From: Candidatus Parcubacteria bacterium
GTDB taxonomy: Bacteria > Patescibacteriota > Minisyncoccia > Phycocordibacterales > UBA5272
Length of the DNA: 49,866 nt
NCBI GenBank assembly: GCA_039805745.1
Contig: JBDLTQ010000005.1
Span: forward strand, 1 to 49,866
Direction of reading: 5' to 3'
In this document: positions 36,701-46,265 of the stretch, in pieces
Layout of the letters: every line of letters starts with the position of its first letter
How positions within the stretch are numbered: position 1 is the stretch's first letter
Program-made: the position numbers and the translations under genes
Notes under the pieces: model-generated
The model's input: the letters and a program-made list of their open reading frames with translations, nothing else
The model's database searches: none
Told to the model about the DNA's origin: nothing

Positions 36701-37059
36701 TCAACCAAGCATCTCTTTTTCCGCTCTCCAGACGAAACGTGACACAAAGAAGATGCATGCAACAAACATGACGAAGAAAAAGAATAGGGTACTATTGAAC
36801 ACCACATCAAGTGTACAATCTTCTTGAATCCTCACCACCTCATACGGAACACAGAGCATAGTAAGAGTAAAAAGAACGCTATAGAAAAAGAACATAAAAA
36901 ATATAGCTGTCGTATTTTTTTTATAAAAAGAAGACGAGCTGTTGTGCTTTGTGATGAAAAACAGAGAACGGTATACATCGCATAACAAACAAAAAGAACT
37001 GCTGTGATAAAAATAACGACAAGAGCTTCTGTTTGATACATAAATGAAGTAACGATCAT
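36701..37059 (-). pseudogene. Small multi-TM membrane protein apparently frameshifted at an A8/T8 homopolymer
   Basis: The ATG at 37059 has AAAGG upstream and opens a hydrophobic frame (MIVTSFMYQTEALVVIFITAVLFVCYA...). The hydrophobic reading switches at T8 (36915-36922) into the frame of the 138-aa ORF (TAIFFMFFFYSVLFTLTML...). The N-terminal half of the 138-aa ORF does not look protein-like. Confidence 0.35.
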
Positions 37060-37170
37060 ACTCTACGCCTTTCAAAGAATCCATCCCTATACTGCGGTAT
37101 CTACCTCTCTTTGTCAAAAAAAAAGAAAGACCTCTTTACTTCTTCAAAAAATGCTCTAGTATAGAAAGAA

Positions 37171-37974
37171 ATGTATACTTCTCCTAAAAAACAATTTGGT
37201 CAGAACTTTCTTACCTCTATTCCAGCCCGTAACGCAATCGTAGAAGCTGGTGAACTTGTATCATCTGATACTGTTCTTGAAGTTGGCCCTGGAAAAGGCT
37301 TTCTTACAAAAGGTCTTTTGGAAAAAGGGGCTCGTGTAATCGCTCTTGAAAAAGACAGAGATTTACTCCCATTACTACGTGAGAGTTTTTCATCTGAAAC
37401 CGCCTCAGGTGCACTCACTCTTTTAGAAGGGGACGTGCTTGATTTTGATCCAGCGCACAATAGCCTCCGCACTGCGTCATATAAACTTATCGCTAATATT
37501 CCCTATTATATTACTGGTGCTATTATTTCACGATATCTATCTGAAGTGGTTCAGCCGTCAGTAATGGTTATCCTGATTCAAAAAGAAGTTGCTGAACGTA
37601 TCGTTGCGCGAGATGGTAAAGAAACACTCCTTTCTTTATCAGTAAAAGTATACGGTGATCCAAAAATTGTCTATAGAGTTTCTCGTGGAAGTTTCTTTCC
37701 TGCACCAAAAGTAGACTCTGCAGTGCTTAAGATAAGCACCATTTCACGAAAAAACTTTCTTCATACCTATCACGAATCCATATTTTTTAGACTTATTCAT
37801 GCAGGATTTGCCCATAAAAGAAAATTTGCACTCTCTAATATAAAAGAAGTATTCAAAGATGTAGACGTTACAGCTTTATTCAAAGAAGCGCAAATATCTG
37901 AAAAAATAAGAGCGGAAGATGTTACACTACAAGAATGGTTGACGCTATCCTCGAAATTAGTTACACACTCGTAA
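37171..37974 (+). CDS. rsmA: 16S rRNA (adenine1518/1519-N6)-dimethyltransferase
   Basis: GQNFL, SAM motif EVGPGKGFLT, and NIPYYIT. Confidence 0.93.
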   Translation: MYTSPKKQFGQNFLTSIPARNAIVEAGELVSSDTVLEVGPGKGFLTKGLLEKGARVIALEKDRDLLPLLRESFSSETASGALTLLEGDVLDFDPAHNSLRTASYKLIANIPYYITGAIISRYLSEVVQPSVMVILIQKEVAERIVARDGKETLLSLSVKVYGDPKIVYRVSRGSFFPAPKVDSAVLKISTISRKNFLHTYHESIFFRLIHAGFAHKRKFALSNIKEVFKDVDVTALFKEAQISEKIRAEDVTLQEWLTLSSKLVTHS

Positions 37975-39326
37975 CTATTGCACTTCTTTTTCTTTTCATA
38001 CAAACATCTGTTCATAAAAAGAAAAAAACACTTCTATCTCATTGGATGTTATTTGGTTTTCTTTTTAATCTCTATAGTTTTAGTTGGCTCTATACAGTGT
38101 ATCCACTTCCATGGATACAGGAGGGGACTCTACAACTACTTGGTATCGGTCTTCTACATCTCATTCTTTCTGTTGTGGCTGGTGTTTGTTTTTTTGTTGT
38201 TGCTTTTGCTTTTTATACAGAGCGTCATCGACATATTCGTCCACTGCTCTTTGCGACGCTCCTTACTATTGCTGAACTCTTACGTTCATATGCTATTTCA
38301 CTTCTTTTTTATAGCAAAGACACAACTCTTGAGCTTCATTTTACAGCAAGCACCTTAGGGAATGCATTATCAACAACACCTTTTGTAGAGTTCGCATATT
38401 TTGGTGGCACCTTTGCACTTACTTTTGTACTTGGTTATCTGCTTTATAGCAGTAGCGCACTCAAACAACATTTTTCTTATATATATCACATACTATTATG
38501 TGTAGCGATCCTTGTTGTACTGCACATAGCTATTCCTGTTACCTCTCTTAAAAAAGGAACTGTTGCTGGTGTTATCACCACAAACTTTCCAAAACCAAAA
38601 GAAGGGGAGCACTCTGCTTATTTTGCTTCTACAACAGAGGTGGTCTATGCTCTCACAACAGAACTAGCAGAAAAAGCGTCACAAGCACATATAGAGGTAC
38701 CTACTTTTATTGTGTATCCAGAAGATACACGTTTTATATCTCATCTCTCTGATGACAACAAAGAGGTGCTTTCAAAAAAATTTAGATCTACTTATTTTAT
38801 TGATGGTGACACAGTACGTTTAGAGCGTGGCATTGCTAATATTTCTCTTTTTTATAACCTTACAACAAAAGAGTACCTCTATCGTGGTAAAAGTTTTCTT
38901 ATGCCTTTTAATGAGTACATTCCAACAATTTTTAGTACTATTTTCAAAGTATTCGTCTCTAAAAAAGCATTATCTACCTATGAGCAACAGCACACCTATA
39001 CCCCGATGAGGAATAACACCGTAGCGTCTCTTGGCACGCACAGAGTCGCTACCCTTATTTGTTCAGAAATTCTTTCCTATAGAACAATACAAAACATAGG
39101 AGACGAAAATCCTCATATTGTCTTTTTCCAATCACATCTAAGCACATTCCATAATAATCCTTGGTTTGTCATGCATTTACGATCATTTACAAAAATAGCA
39201 GCAGCACAGCTACGAACACCACTTATTAGTAGTACCAATAATGCTCCGGCATTTATTATTTCACCTTATGGATCTATATGGAAAAAAATCCCAACAGGTA
39301 ACAACTCGGTACTTATTAAATTTTAA
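37935..39326 (+). CDS. lnt: Apolipoprotein N-acyltransferase-like protein (polytopic membrane domain plus CN-hydrolase domain)
   Basis: About 6-7 N-terminal TM segments. The C-terminal domain has a candidate Glu/Lys/Cys triad: VYPEDT, RGKSFLMPFNEYIP, ATLICSEIL. Overlaps rsmA by 40 nt, so the start is uncertain. Confidence 0.7.
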   Translation: MVDAILEISYTLVTIALLFLFIQTSVHKKKKTLLSHWMLFGFLFNLYSFSWLYTVYPLPWIQEGTLQLLGIGLLHLILSVVAGVCFFVVAFAFYTERHRHIRPLLFATLLTIAELLRSYAISLLFYSKDTTLELHFTASTLGNALSTTPFVEFAYFGGTFALTFVLGYLLYSSSALKQHFSYIYHILLCVAILVVLHIAIPVTSLKKGTVAGVITTNFPKPKEGEHSAYFASTTEVVYALTTELAEKASQAHIEVPTFIVYPEDTRFISHLSDDNKEVLSKKFRSTYFIDGDTVRLERGIANISLFYNLTTKEYLYRGKSFLMPFNEYIPTIFSTIFKVFVSKKALSTYEQQHTYTPMRNNTVASLGTHRVATLICSEILSYRTIQNIGDENPHIVFFQSHLSTFHNNPWFVMHLRSFTKIAAAQLRTPLISSTNNAPAFIISPYGSIWKKIPTGNNSVLIKF

Positions 39327-39423
39327 TACGTACTCTCATTGTACAGAGTGCTAGTGTTATACACAGCTACTTCTGTAGTACCTATAGAGTAGGTATGTAT
39401 ATCACGCTATACTGTGTACTAGT

Positions 39424-40344
39424 ATGGAACAACAACCAATGACAACCAAACGTGCACTTATCGTTGTAGGTATTACAGGATTTCTTATTATACTCATGTT
39501 TATTATCCCGGGAGAGTGGGTAGGGGTCGGCACTTCCACTGGAGTAACAAAAAAACCACTTATTCTAAAAACAAAAGAAGAGCTTGGTCTACTCAACAAA
39601 GATACTGACAATAATAATACTGCAGACTGGAAAGATCTTCTCAACACCACAACAAACGAGAAAGTGAGAGCGGTTGCAAACACACTAACAGTAACAGAAG
39701 AGGATAAGACTCGCCTCAACGACAAAAACAACCTTACAGCATCACTAGGGAAAAATCTCTACACCGTATCTGCATACCTCCAAAAAAATGGAACTGTTTC
39801 TGAATCTGATCAACAAAAATTAGCAGAAAAACTTGTCACCGAAGAAGCAAGTAGAATCACTGTGACCACCTATACCACTACAGATATCACAACAACAAAA
39901 GATACCACACTCCTTGCAAAAAAAACATATGGTAATGCACTTGCTACACTTCTCAAAAAAGCTAACACCTACAACCTAGGGGATAGTGATGTAGCTGTTA
40001 TAAAAGAATACCTTACCTCAAAAGACGCGACACTACTTGATTCACTTATTACAAAACGAGTGCATATTGATGAAATCATTACCAACCTTCGCACAATGCC
40101 TGTGCCGTACTCTGCTGTGCCATATCACATGCTTCTTCTCAACACTATTTCTGCCTACAGGACAACTATTGACGGCTTATCACAAGCAGACGCTGATCCA
40201 CTTCGAGCATATGTAGCATTTAGCTCTCTTCTTACCATAAACAAAGAGCTTATTACATCTATGGCTACAGTTATACATTATTTTGTTCTTGAAAAAGTAA
40301 CCTTTACACCTCAAGAAGCTGGATACTCATTACTACAACGGTAG
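39424..40344 (+). CDS. Membrane-anchored hypothetical protein, first gene of the T4SS-like operon
   Basis: N-terminal TM segment LIVVGITGFLIILMFII. Thr-rich ectodomain. Confidence 0.6.
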   Translation: MEQQPMTTKRALIVVGITGFLIILMFIIPGEWVGVGTSTGVTKKPLILKTKEELGLLNKDTDNNNTADWKDLLNTTTNEKVRAVANTLTVTEEDKTRLNDKNNLTASLGKNLYTVSAYLQKNGTVSESDQQKLAEKLVTEEASRITVTTYTTTDITTTKDTTLLAKKTYGNALATLLKKANTYNLGDSDVAVIKEYLTSKDATLLDSLITKRVHIDEIITNLRTMPVPYSAVPYHMLLLNTISAYRTTIDGLSQADADPLRAYVAFSSLLTINKELITSMATVIHYFVLEKVTFTPQEAGYSLLQR

Positions 40345-40355
40345 TTTTATTAGGC

Positions 40356-42005
40356 ATGAATATATTAAAATCTATGAAACACATTCTTCTCACAATTGCT
40401 TTTCTTGGAATACTCGCTCAACCAATACAATCACATGCAACGAGTGTTATCGGCGCAACAGAACCAACACAGCTTCTCAATCATGCTGAACTTATACCAA
40501 CAGCGATAGCAACCGTCGCGACCGAAATCAATACACTTACCGACATGACATGGAATACTATACTTGATCCGATTGCTAATGAACTTATCAATGTAACACT
40601 TGAAGACACCTCTGATGACATTCTCTCTTGGATACAAGGTGGGTATGGTGGTGATCAGCCACTTATTATAGAAAACCCCGATGACTACATCACCGAACAG
40701 GGGGATTTAGTGGTACGAGAAGCTCTCACCGCTGTTCCAGAAGACAGTATTTTTGGTGAAAGTATCTTTGCTTCTATACTAGAAAGTAATAAAAAAACAA
40801 CACTCGAGGAAGAAATAGAGGCGATTAGTGATTCTCGTATTCCAGAACTTGTACAAAAAAATCTCTGCAACGAAGAATCTCTTTCTTCACAAACAGGAAA
40901 CTCTGAGGAAAAGCAAGAGCTCTATGACTACGCATGTAGTGGTGATCCGTCTGACCCAGAAACAGCAGCAAAACTCCAAGACCTCTACGAACAAGACCCT
41001 TCTGTTGCAGGGTGGGATGGGTGGCTAGCTATCACCGACGGAAGAAGAGCAGAGAATGAATATACAAAGAACACACTTGCCATAGAAACAACAGCAGAAT
41101 ACAAAAACAGAAAAGAATACCTTGAGGAACGAGGCCTCTACGATGGAGAAAACACCATCAGCCAGACAGAGTGTGTAGAAAAAGAGATTGATTTTATGGG
41201 GGAAGAATTTTGTGTTGAGAAAAAAACTATCTCACCAGGAAACAGTGTCCAAAACTATCTTGACCTCGCATCAACTGCAGGATTCCAACGTATGTTTAAT
41301 ATTGACGGAGGAGGGACAGGGGTTGGTATCTTATCTGGTTTCGCCATGAAAGCACTTAATGCTGGGCTCAGTAGTGCTCTTGCTACTATCAAAAGAGAGA
41401 TTACTTCATCATCAGGGGGGTCACTCACTAATACGACTTTTACACTCAACTCAATAACCCCTTCATCTCAAGATCTTCTTAATAACCCTTCAGCTAAAGC
41501 GTCTCTCTTATCAACTATGACTGCCCAGACAGAAAGAGACAAGGCTTCATTATCTGAACTCGAACAAATTGATAGAAATTATCTCTCTCTTGTAAATAAT
41601 TATGAAAACAAAGTCGCTCAGGTAAAGCAGTGCTACGACTCACTTGTAAGCAATAACCTTGTGCAAAGCACTGACAGTCGTGTTGTTACAGCTACAACAT
41701 TTTACAATAATAGAATGTCCACCATTAATGAAATTAAAAATACAATAGAAAAAGACACTGAAGCGATAACATCATCAAGGGAAGGAATAGCTGGGTTTAT
41801 CCAAAAAATACAAGCATCTAACTCAACAGAAGAAATTAATGCAATGTTTAGCTCTTACACATCAACAGTAAAAAGCCTTAGACTTAGCTCTGTTCTATCA
41901 GAACGAAAAGGGGAATACGCAGTACAGCAGAGCAACGTTTCTCGAGACACTCAACCAGAATCACTACTCCAAACTTGTAACAATATTCGAAACGGTAGTA
42001 ACTAG
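40356..42005 (+). CDS. Secreted hypothetical protein (549 aa)
   Basis: Signal peptide LLTIAFLGILAQPIQSHA. Starts 11 nt after the upstream gene. Confidence 0.65.
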   Translation: MNILKSMKHILLTIAFLGILAQPIQSHATSVIGATEPTQLLNHAELIPTAIATVATEINTLTDMTWNTILDPIANELINVTLEDTSDDILSWIQGGYGGDQPLIIENPDDYITEQGDLVVREALTAVPEDSIFGESIFASILESNKKTTLEEEIEAISDSRIPELVQKNLCNEESLSSQTGNSEEKQELYDYACSGDPSDPETAAKLQDLYEQDPSVAGWDGWLAITDGRRAENEYTKNTLAIETTAEYKNRKEYLEERGLYDGENTISQTECVEKEIDFMGEEFCVEKKTISPGNSVQNYLDLASTAGFQRMFNIDGGGTGVGILSGFAMKALNAGLSSALATIKREITSSSGGSLTNTTFTLNSITPSSQDLLNNPSAKASLLSTMTAQTERDKASLSELEQIDRNYLSLVNNYENKVAQVKQCYDSLVSNNLVQSTDSRVVTATTFYNNRMSTINEIKNTIEKDTEAITSSREGIAGFIQKIQASNSTEEINAMFSSYTSTVKSLRLSSVLSERKGEYAVQQSNVSRDTQPESLLQTCNNIRNGSN

Positions 42006-42103
42006 TAAACCAGACTCAAAAGTATTCCCGACTATCCACAAAATACTGCGAATAACATAAAAAATTAACGCAGTGTTTTCTACTTATGTGATAAACTACA
42101 GCT

Positions 42104-44986
42104 ATGCTACATTTGAGGAAACTCATTGTTATTTCTGCTATCATTTTAACTACTTTTAGTAGTTTTATTGTTCCAACTAAAACAAAAGCTTCTGCACAAT
42201 CAGCAAGTGCTTCTGTTCTTAGTGAATTTTCAAATTCATCTTTTCAACAAACCTATACAGACGCTCAAAAAAATCTCTATAACAATGAAATAAACATTCT
42301 TAGAACGATTCTTCAAGATAAAGCGTCTGAACTACAGAGAGGCAACCCCTCATACTTTGCGGTAGGAGAAGATCATGCAGAAAATGAAAAAGCATACAAA
42401 ATACAAGCTTTAAATGATTTTAAAACCCATCTTAATAACGCTATTTCTGAACAAACAAATACTGCACTTAAAAAAGCGCTGAATGACACTCTATCACTAG
42501 CTGATAGTCTCCACACCAAAATAACAGTTGACTCCTTAACACAAGATACTCTTAATGCTCAAGGAGGAGGAACTACTGTGGCAAATGCTGAACAAACTCA
42601 AAATGCGGCAAATGAAGAACTGCAAGGGGTACGAGAAGATGGTTCTGTAAAAAAAGAAGAGTGTAAAATTACAAACTGGAAAGTAAGTGTCTGTGTTTCA
42701 GAACTCGTCGAATGGTTCATCAAAAACGTTATTCTAGAAATCGCTGCTGTTATCTTTTACTTCGCAGCGAATATGCTGAATTACTCTATACAAATAGGTA
42801 TACTTCAGTTCAAAGACTGGGCACCTGACACTCTCTATCCGATCTGGGTTATTGTTCGACAAATCATCTCTCTTTTTGTTGTCTTTATCGGACTCTGGCT
42901 TGGTTTTATGTACATACTAGGAAAAGCAGACACTTTCGAAAAATACATTCCGTGGGTAATTATCTTCGCGTTATTTATCAACTTCTCATACCCTCTCTCT
43001 CGTACCGCAATAGATATTTCCAATATTATATCTCTTAATGTATATGCAGCGACAGTTGGTCCAGAAGTGCTGACCAACCCAGAATCATTTACTGGATCTG
43101 CCGGTGGTATATTATTACAAAAACTTGGACTAAGCACCCTTGTTACTGAAGCCAACAAGTCACAATCACTCGGGTCCAGTAATCCTTCTGCTGGACTTGG
43201 TGCCATAACAGGTATTCCTGGTACTATTATGGTGGTTGTGTTTATTCTTTATGCTGCGTATGTCATGTTTAAAGCCACATTCATACTCGCTATTCGCACA
43301 GGGGCTCTTGTGTTTCTTACCATCGCGTCACCGTTTCTCTTTATCGATAGCCTCTTACCAGTGCTTGGAGACAAAGCTCAAAAAATACGCACAATTTTCT
43401 TTGAACAGCTCGCTGTAGGCCCTGTGTTTATGATACTCTTTGCCCTTTCTCTTAAATTCATCACTCTTTTTTCAGGGGAAGGAGGACCTATCAAAACGAC
43501 TTTTGGTAGCGGAGGATCTACTCCTCAGGTATTCTTTAGTGTTCTTATGATGCTTATCATGCTTCATATCACTCTTAAGGTGACAAAAGATTTATCAGGC
43601 GCAGTCGGAGAAGGTGTTTCGAATATGATAGGAAAGGTTGGAGGTTTTGCAACAGGGGCAGCTGTTGGGGTAGCTTCAGGTGGGGCTGGACTCCTAGCAC
43701 GAGGAACAATAGGAAGAGCTGCGGGAAAACTTCGTGATAGTTCGTGGGTAACAAATAACCAAAACTCTGCTGTTGGTCGTCGTGTGTATGACATGTCTAA
43801 CTCTCTTGCAAAAGGGTCTTACGATCTACGCAACTCGTCTGTTGTAGCTGGTGGTTTTAAAAAAGCTGGTATTACATTAGGAGCAGGAACAAAAGGAGGA
43901 TATGAGGAACGTGCTCAAATGGTAGCAGATGATCTTCGTACTCGCGCTTCACGAATAAAAACACATTATGAGCGTGATGAGTTTAAAAAAGATAAGGATG
44001 GGAATATTATGTATGATGAAAAAGGTCTTCCAGTATACGCCAACAGAAAAGGCGATGTGAATAAAGAAGGCATGGAGGCGTATAATACATTTGTTAATAA
44101 TCCAGGAAAAAATCTAGAACTAACTGGTGCACAGAAAGAGAAGTTCAAACAAGAGCTAGCTGAGAAAAAAACAGAAAAAGACATGGCTCACTACAATAGC
44201 CTACCTGATGAAGAAAAGGACGCAAAATACCAAGAAATGAAAACTCATTTTGAAGAGCTTAAAAAAACTGACCCTAAACTCAAGAATCCAGAAACATTAT
44301 CACTTGTTCAAACCCTTGGCACAATAGAAAAAGGATTTTCTGATGAAAAGAAAAAGTTTAACAAAGAAGTAGACACACTTAGCGCACGCTACGCAGGAAC
44401 AACAGGAAAAGATGATGCAGATATCCTCGCTAATCGTGTACGTCTCATCAATGGTATCGATGACATAAAGAAAAAACAAGCACTTATTGATAAAGTGGCC
44501 AATGATGCTGTCACAGAGTATAACAAGCTACAAGATTCTGATCCGCAAAAACGTACTGAGAAGCGTGCCAACTTCATGAATGCGCTTCCTACGATTATAG
44601 CAACCGAGGTAAATAAAAAACTTGGAGAAAAAGAACAGCCTCTTGCGTATGATTTTAGAAACCAAGTAGCTACTACACTAGACAAGCAAAAAGAATCTGG
44701 ACCAACTAGCCCAATTACCAGAGGAGCCACATCTGGTGGATATGACTTTACTCAACAGACAGCCAAGATACTACAAAACCAAACAAACTCTGGAGACAGC
44801 CAACCACTTGCAACAAAAGAAATAATGACAGAGGAAGAGATTGCTACTAGACGCAAAGAAAAACTAGCCCAAGCAACAACCTTCGCACAAGAAGAAATGA
44901 ATACTCAGACACAGGCACATGAAATGGCAGGAGATATTCTTGCGAGAGTACGAGCAAATTCAAGACGAAAAAAACATAACCCATAA
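42104..44986 (+). CDS. Polytopic membrane protein, VirB6/TrbL-like candidate (960 aa)
   Basis: Signal/TM segment, then an ectodomain of about 190 aa. At least 6 TM segments lie between about 42716 and 43604, followed by a Gly-rich patch and a Lys/Glu-rich tail of about 400 aa. The call rests on topology plus position upstream of PrgI/VirB4. Confidence 0.6.
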   Translation: MLHLRKLIVISAIILTTFSSFIVPTKTKASAQSASASVLSEFSNSSFQQTYTDAQKNLYNNEINILRTILQDKASELQRGNPSYFAVGEDHAENEKAYKIQALNDFKTHLNNAISEQTNTALKKALNDTLSLADSLHTKITVDSLTQDTLNAQGGGTTVANAEQTQNAANEELQGVREDGSVKKEECKITNWKVSVCVSELVEWFIKNVILEIAAVIFYFAANMLNYSIQIGILQFKDWAPDTLYPIWVIVRQIISLFVVFIGLWLGFMYILGKADTFEKYIPWVIIFALFINFSYPLSRTAIDISNIISLNVYAATVGPEVLTNPESFTGSAGGILLQKLGLSTLVTEANKSQSLGSSNPSAGLGAITGIPGTIMVVVFILYAAYVMFKATFILAIRTGALVFLTIASPFLFIDSLLPVLGDKAQKIRTIFFEQLAVGPVFMILFALSLKFITLFSGEGGPIKTTFGSGGSTPQVFFSVLMMLIMLHITLKVTKDLSGAVGEGVSNMIGKVGGFATGAAVGVASGGAGLLARGTIGRAAGKLRDSSWVTNNQNSAVGRRVYDMSNSLAKGSYDLRNSSVVAGGFKKAGITLGAGTKGGYEERAQMVADDLRTRASRIKTHYERDEFKKDKDGNIMYDEKGLPVYANRKGDVNKEGMEAYNTFVNNPGKNLELTGAQKEKFKQELAEKKTEKDMAHYNSLPDEEKDAKYQEMKTHFEELKKTDPKLKNPETLSLVQTLGTIEKGFSDEKKKFNKEVDTLSARYAGTTGKDDADILANRVRLINGIDDIKKKQALIDKVANDAVTEYNKLQDSDPQKRTEKRANFMNALPTIIATEVNKKLGEKEQPLAYDFRNQVATTLDKQKESGPTSPITRGATSGGYDFTQQTAKILQNQTNSGDSQPLATKEIMTEEEIATRRKEKLAQATTFAQEEMNTQTQAHEMAGDILARVRANSRRKKHNP

Positions 44987-44991
44987 ATACC

Positions 44992-45735
44992 ATGAGCTAC
45001 CCATCGTATATTTCACAAAACATAGAGGAGCTTATCGATAGAGCACCTGATCATATCCTAGACATCATTGAAAGTGATGACATTCCTAATGTAACTATCA
45101 CTCTAGGTAATAACTATAAAATACCCGTAGGGGACCAAGCTTCACTTTCTGATATTATTACCTTTACTATTATTGGAGCTCTTCAGACAGAAGATGTAGT
45201 TCAAGCCTTGCAAGACATGGCTCATGTTTCCTATGATGATGCAGTTAATATTGCCACAGATCTTGAGTTTTCTCTTTTTGAAAAAGCCCGTGTCACATTA
45301 CTCAAAAAAGAAGGGGAGATAAAAACACTTGAGTTTAATGGACAGCGATCAAAAGAAGAACTAAGAAAAGAAATTATGGATACCACAAAACGTGAGAGTG
45401 GTTTACATAAAAACCAAAGCACTGTAGCACCAAAAAAACCTTCTATCATAGCCCCTGGGTCTCGTTCACAGCTTATGGAGCAGTTACAAGTTATCGGCAA
45501 TATACCAGATGATGAAGAGATAAATGAACGCCTGCAACACATCCATGAGCAAATAGCAGCTCTCAAAAAACAAGAAGATGATAACAGTCTTGAATCTACT
45601 GTTGCGCTGAAGAGTTTTATGTTTGGTGAAAAAGGTAAAGAAATGGTTACCCCTTCACTACGACCAGCAACCTACAGTGTTGCTCCGAAAGAATACAATG
45701 TAGATCCATATCGAGAAATAACAGAAGAAAGCTAA
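44992..45735 (+). CDS. Soluble hypothetical protein (247 aa) in the T4SS-like operon
   Basis: ORF starting 5 nt after the upstream stop. No motif recognised. Confidence 0.6.
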   Translation: MSYPSYISQNIEELIDRAPDHILDIIESDDIPNVTITLGNNYKIPVGDQASLSDIITFTIIGALQTEDVVQALQDMAHVSYDDAVNIATDLEFSLFEKARVTLLKKEGEIKTLEFNGQRSKEELRKEIMDTTKRESGLHKNQSTVAPKKPSIIAPGSRSQLMEQLQVIGNIPDDEEINERLQHIHEQIAALKKQEDDNSLESTVALKSFMFGEKGKEMVTPSLRPATYSVAPKEYNVDPYREITEES

Positions 45736-45802
45736 AAGCTGTAAACAATCCTAAACCTCTGGTTGTAGCTATGTAGATACTCTTGTGTGATATACTATTG
45801 TT

Positions 45803-46240
45803 ATGCAATTTCGTGTTCCACAATTCATTGACATTGAGGACAAAGTCTTTGGTCCATTCACCTTAAAACAGTTTGGATACATGGCCGGGGCTGGTGGTTT
45901 TTCTTTTCTTATCTGGACTTTTATCTCCATAAAATTCTTTGCAATTTTACTTATCGTGCCTGTTGCTGGACTTTTTCTTGCTCTTGCTTTTGTAAAAATA
46001 AATAACCGCCCTTTTGGTGACATGCTTGAAAGTGCTTTTAATTATTACACCAATCCAAAACTTTACACATGGAAACAACCAATGGCAGAAAATAAAAACG
46101 ATCCTATCAATCAAGTCGTATCAGACACTCAGAAAGAGATTGTTATTGAAAAAACAAATCGTGACCGTATTCATGATGTAGCACTAGGACTTGATGTCTA
46201 TGAGCGTAACTCACAGAAAGAAGAAGACTATACGAACTAA
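45803..46240 (+). CDS. PrgI-family (VirB3-like) small membrane protein
   Basis: MQFRVPQFIDIEDKVFGPFTLKQFGYMAGAGG plus two TM segments. This is the characteristic PrgI N-terminus and size. Confidence 0.7.
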   Translation: MQFRVPQFIDIEDKVFGPFTLKQFGYMAGAGGFSFLIWTFISIKFFAILLIVPVAGLFLALAFVKINNRPFGDMLESAFNYYTNPKLYTWKQPMAENKNDPINQVVSDTQKEIVIEKTNRDRIHDVALGLDVYERNSQKEEDYTN

Positions 46241-46265
46241 CTAAGGTATACTATCTATAGTACGT

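Noticed and set aside
36701-37117. The 138-aa minus-strand ORF as an intact gene.
   Set aside because: Its N-terminal 70 residues are Cys/Ser/Tyr/Arg-rich and not protein-like. The other frame carries the SD-preceded hydrophobic N-terminus, so a frameshifted small membrane protein explains the data better.
42032-42040. A near-DnaA box (CTATCCACA) upstream of the VirB6-like gene.
   Set aside because: It is a single 8/9 match with no partner boxes, which is expected by chance.
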